Below are positions 61,663-64,000 of a stretch of DNA of 64,000 bases, one piece after another. Source of the DNA: an uncultured Roseateles sp. (lineage in GTDB: Bacteria; Pseudomonadota; Gammaproteobacteria; Burkholderiales; Burkholderiaceae_C); assembly GCA_963422775.4 (NCBI GenBank), contig CAUJSJ030000154.1, positions 8,748 to 72,747 on the forward strand. The letters run 5' to 3'. Each line of letters starts with the position of its first letter. Positions within the stretch are counted from its first letter, which is position 1. The notes below the pieces were generated by a model that searched no databases, was not told the DNA's origin, and saw only the letters and a program-made list of their open reading frames with translations. A program made the translations under genes and the position numbers.

Positions 61663-61687
61663 ACGGCCCGAGGGGTGCTCGGGCCGT
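61663..61687 (-). terminator. intrinsic terminator downstream of the CAT-anticodon tRNA
   Basis: A 10-bp stem ACGGCCCGAG / CTCGGGCCGT with a 5-nt loop. On the minus strand it is followed by TTTCATTTCC. It lies 12 nt after the tRNA 3-prime end. Confidence 0.7.
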
Positions 61688-61699
61688 TCTCTCTTGTTC

Positions 61700-61776
61700 T
61701 GGTGGCGCTTCAGGGACTCGAACCCCGGACCTGTGGATTATGATTCCATCGCTCTAACCAACTGAGCTAAAGCGCC
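61700..61776 (-). tRNA. tRNA with CAT anticodon (elongator tRNA-Met, or tRNA-Ile2 if lysidine-modified)
   Basis: The minus strand reads GGCGCTT-TA-GCTC-AGTTGGTTA-GAGC-G-ATGGA-ATCATAA-TCCAC-AGGTC-CGGGG-TTCGAGT-CCCTG-AAGCGCC-A-CCA. It is not initiator-like: there are no three G-C pairs closing the anticodon stem and the 1-72 pair is intact. Confidence 0.9.
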
Positions 61777-61786
61777 TGAGCCCGCC

Positions 61787-61816
61787 ATTCTAAGCGAAGT
61801 TTTTTGGCGCTGGCAA
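61787..61816 (-). promoter_or_regulatory. candidate sigma70 promoter for the tRNA (TTGCCA-18 nt-TAGAAT on minus strand)
   Basis: The hexamers are read directly. The -10 ends 10 nt upstream of the mature tRNA 5-prime end. Confidence 0.5.
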
Positions 61817-61830
61817 GCGTGTCGCGCAGA

Positions 61831-63501
61831 TCAGGGCGCGACAGCCGCCAGGAAAGGCTGCAGCGGCTTGCCGGGCAGGCGCTTCAGGCCTTCGACGAGC
61901 TGGGTCGCGTTGAACACCGCGCCGGCGTCATTCGTGTGGGTGCGGGCATCGGAGAAGAAGCTGTCGGCGCGCTCGGCGCCGATGCCGCGATAGGCCTCGG
62001 TCACGAGCATCGTCAGGTCGATGAACTGGGCGCCATGGGCACGGGCGACTTGTTCACCCCAGGCAGCGTAGCTCTCGAAGTCGCGCGGCTGGCCGGCCTG
62101 CCAGCGATCCTTGTGCGGGATGGGTGACAGCACCACGACGCTCGCGCCCTTGGCCTTGGCATCGTTGATGTAGCGCGCGAGGTACCAGCCGAAGCTGTGC
62201 ACCATCTCCTTGCTGCCGTCGGGCCGGGTGTCTTCCACCGCCTCCGGGCCGATGCCCGGCACCGAGCCGCGGTTCTTGCCGGCGGGGTCGCCGATGCGGG
62301 CGCCGTCGTTGTGGCCGAACTGGATCAGCAGCGTGTCGCCGGCTTTCAGCTGCTCCAGCACAGACGCCCAGCGGCCTTCAGTGAAAAAGGTGCGGCTGCT
62401 GCGGCCGCCGATGGCGTTGTTGACGACGTTGATGCGCTGCGTGTCGAAGAGGGCAGCCAGCCGCTCGCCCCAGCCATAGGCGCCGTTCTGGCCGCCGCTG
62501 CGCACGGTGGAGTCGCCGATCAGCACGAGGCTGGGCAGCCTGGGATCGCGCGGGGCTTCGACCTTGACCTTGCGCGCATCGACGACGGGCCTGTCATCGC
62601 TGCCGTCCGGCGCGAAGCGGCGCGTGTAGACGGCGTCGGGCAGCACCTTGCTCTGCAGCAGGCCGGCGACGACGAGCTGGGCGTTCAGCGTGGCGCCGGC
62701 CAGGTTGGTGTGCACGGTCTCCTCGGGAGTGCCGCGCGGGAACACGTCGTCAACCGCCGCCCTGCCCAGCGCCTCGTAGCGCAGCGCGCCCCATTCGTTG
62801 AGATCGATGAAGGCCACGCCTTCCTGCTTGGCCACCTCGGCCGCCCAGGCCGCGAAGTTGCCGCCGGCGCGCTGCACCTTGTTGCCGTCAGCATCCCAGC
62901 GCTTGCGGATCACCGGCGAGCAGACGACGGGCGTGCCGCCGGCTGCGCGGATCTCGGCGACGTAGCCGCGCAGGTAGGCACCGTAGGTGTAGACGGTCTC
63001 GCGCTTGCCGGTCAGCTGGTTGTCGATCTCTTCCTGCTCCGGGCCGATGCCGCGCAGCACGCCGCGGGCGCGGCTGTTGTCGTTCACGGGGCTGGCGTCG
63101 TTGTGGCCGAACTGCATGACGACCCAGTCGCCCTTTTTGATGAAGGGCTTGGTGCGCTCCCAATGGCCGCTGCTGCGGTAGGTGCGGCTGGACAGGCCGC
63201 CCACGGCGCGATTGACCACGTTGATCCTGTTCAAGTCGAAGTAGCCGGCGATCGGGTTGCCCCAGCCCCACTGGCCTTCGGGGCCCTTGCCTTGGCCGTC
63301 GTCGCGGCCGTTGCGCACGGTCGAGTCGCCGATGAGGATCAGCGACGGCAGCTCGGGCCTGGCCGGCTCGGGCAGCTGGACCTGCGCGCGGGCGGGGTCT
63401 GTCGAGGCCGTGAACGCCTGCGCATGGGCCTGGGCCAGCGGCAGCGCGACGAGCAGAGCCGCAAGGAGGGGGCGCTTGAGAAGGCGAATCATGGCGCGCA
63501 T
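61831..63501 (-). CDS. secreted tandem SGNH/GDSL hydrolase (two rhamnogalacturonan-acetylesterase-like domains)
   Basis: The signal peptide is MRAMIRLLKRPLLAALLVALPLAQAHAQA (ATG 63501 or 63492). There are two copies of the SGNH block I motif (LILIGDSTVRNG and LVLIGDSTVRSGG), each followed by GGLSSRT/GGRSSRT (block II) and QFGHND (block III). Confidence 0.8.
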   Translation of the reverse strand: MRAMIRLLKRPLLAALLVALPLAQAHAQAFTASTDPARAQVQLPEPARPELPSLILIGDSTVRNGRDDGQGKGPEGQWGWGNPIAGYFDLNRINVVNRAVGGLSSRTYRSSGHWERTKPFIKKGDWVVMQFGHNDASPVNDNSRARGVLRGIGPEQEEIDNQLTGKRETVYTYGAYLRGYVAEIRAAGGTPVVCSPVIRKRWDADGNKVQRAGGNFAAWAAEVAKQEGVAFIDLNEWGALRYEALGRAAVDDVFPRGTPEETVHTNLAGATLNAQLVVAGLLQSKVLPDAVYTRRFAPDGSDDRPVVDARKVKVEAPRDPRLPSLVLIGDSTVRSGGQNGAYGWGERLAALFDTQRINVVNNAIGGRSSRTFFTEGRWASVLEQLKAGDTLLIQFGHNDGARIGDPAGKNRGSVPGIGPEAVEDTRPDGSKEMVHSFGWYLARYINDAKAKGASVVVLSPIPHKDRWQAGQPRDFESYAAWGEQVARAHGAQFIDLTMLVTEAYRGIGAERADSFFSDARTHTNDAGAVFNATQLVEGLKRLPGKPLQPFLAAVAP

Positions 63502-63624
63502 GCTAGGAGCGTTGCGCGGTGGCCTGCGGCCGCGACAGCGCAAGTTCTTGAGCGATTGGCAGCCAGCAACAGTCCTTGACAGACCCGGCCCTAGAGTCGC
63601 CGCACCCTGATCCGCGGACCTGCC

Positions 63625-64000
63625 ATGCGCTCCAATTCCTCACTGTTCGTCGGCCTCCTGCTGGGGCTGGCACTTGCGCCCGCCTGGGCCCAGATCGGCC
63701 AGCGCTTCCCGTCCGAGAAGCGTGTCGTGCCTGACCCGATCACCGGCACGCCACTGACCTTCCTGACGACCCAACCGCGCGGCGACACCAAGATCTACCC
63801 CAGCCATCCGCAGTGGACGGCCGATGGCCAGTGGCTGGTGTTCCGCTCGGCGCGGGTGAAGGGCGAGGCCATCGCCGTCAACGAGGCCAGCGGCGAGATG
63901 GTGCAGGTCACCGAGGGCGGCTATGACGGCATGCTCAATCTTGCGCAGTCGGGCGGCAACAAGCTCTTCTTCCTGCGGCCCGACAAGGGCGGGGCGGCCA
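63625..64000 (+). CDS. secreted protein, N-terminal fragment; TolB-like beta-propeller, possibly oligogalacturonide-lyase-like
   Basis: ATG 63625. The signal peptide is MRSNSSLFVGLLLGLALAPAWAQ. It continues DPITGTPLTFLTTQPRGDTKIYPSHPQWTADGQWLVFRS, a propeller-blade pattern, and is open to the window end. The functional call is tentative. Confidence 0.5.
   Translation, partial: MRSNSSLFVGLLLGLALAPAWAQIGQRFPSEKRVVPDPITGTPLTFLTTQPRGDTKIYPSHPQWTADGQWLVFRSARVKGEAIAVNEASGEMVQVTEGGYDGMLNLAQSGGNKLFFLRPDKGGAA

Overview
Very GC-rich chromosomal segment. Gene content and synteny look like a betaproteobacterium of the Burkholderiales (inference from mrcA / pilMNOPQ / aroKB / dgt / gltBD and mlaFEDACB order). 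It is almost wall-to-wall core genes.

Gene content:
- Three type IV pilus (T4P) loci: pilMNOPQ at 2.5-7.6 kb; the minor-pilin operon pilE-fimT-pilV-pilW-pilX-pilY1 at 19.9-27.0 kb, minus strand; pilBCD-coaE-zapD-yacG at 36.9-42.5 kb, minus strand.
- Shikimate genes aroK and aroB, glutamate synthase gltBD, and a six-gene Mla lipid-asymmetry operon.
- hexR-zwf / tal-pgi sugar-phosphate genes.
- ispB, rplU-rpmA-obg-proB, rppH, proS, dcp, ubiX, grxD, prmC-prfA-hemA and miaB.
- Two tRNAs: Pro-CGG and a CAT-anticodon tRNA.
- One REP-associated tyrosine transposase with flanking REP-like inverted repeats.
- A probable pectin-related esterase / beta-propeller pair at the right edge.

I saw no CRISPR array, prophage, integrase, toxin-antitoxin pair or recognisable defence island, and I cannot point to a convincing novel multi-gene system.

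Most unusual items:
1. A 714-aa Ig-like-repeat lipoprotein wedged into the normally contiguous pilQ-aroK junction.
2. A +1 frameshift (extra G in a GGGG run) splitting gltD.
3. A lytic transglycosylase plus a 492-aa uncharacterised helical-repeat protein, translationally chained to proS.
4. An orphan PEP-CTERM protein with a sigma54-like promoter.
5. An array of three related stem-loops in front of a small secreted protein that is translationally coupled to miaB.

Many long ORFs in the supplied track are antisense or out-of-frame artefacts of the high GC content and were rejected.
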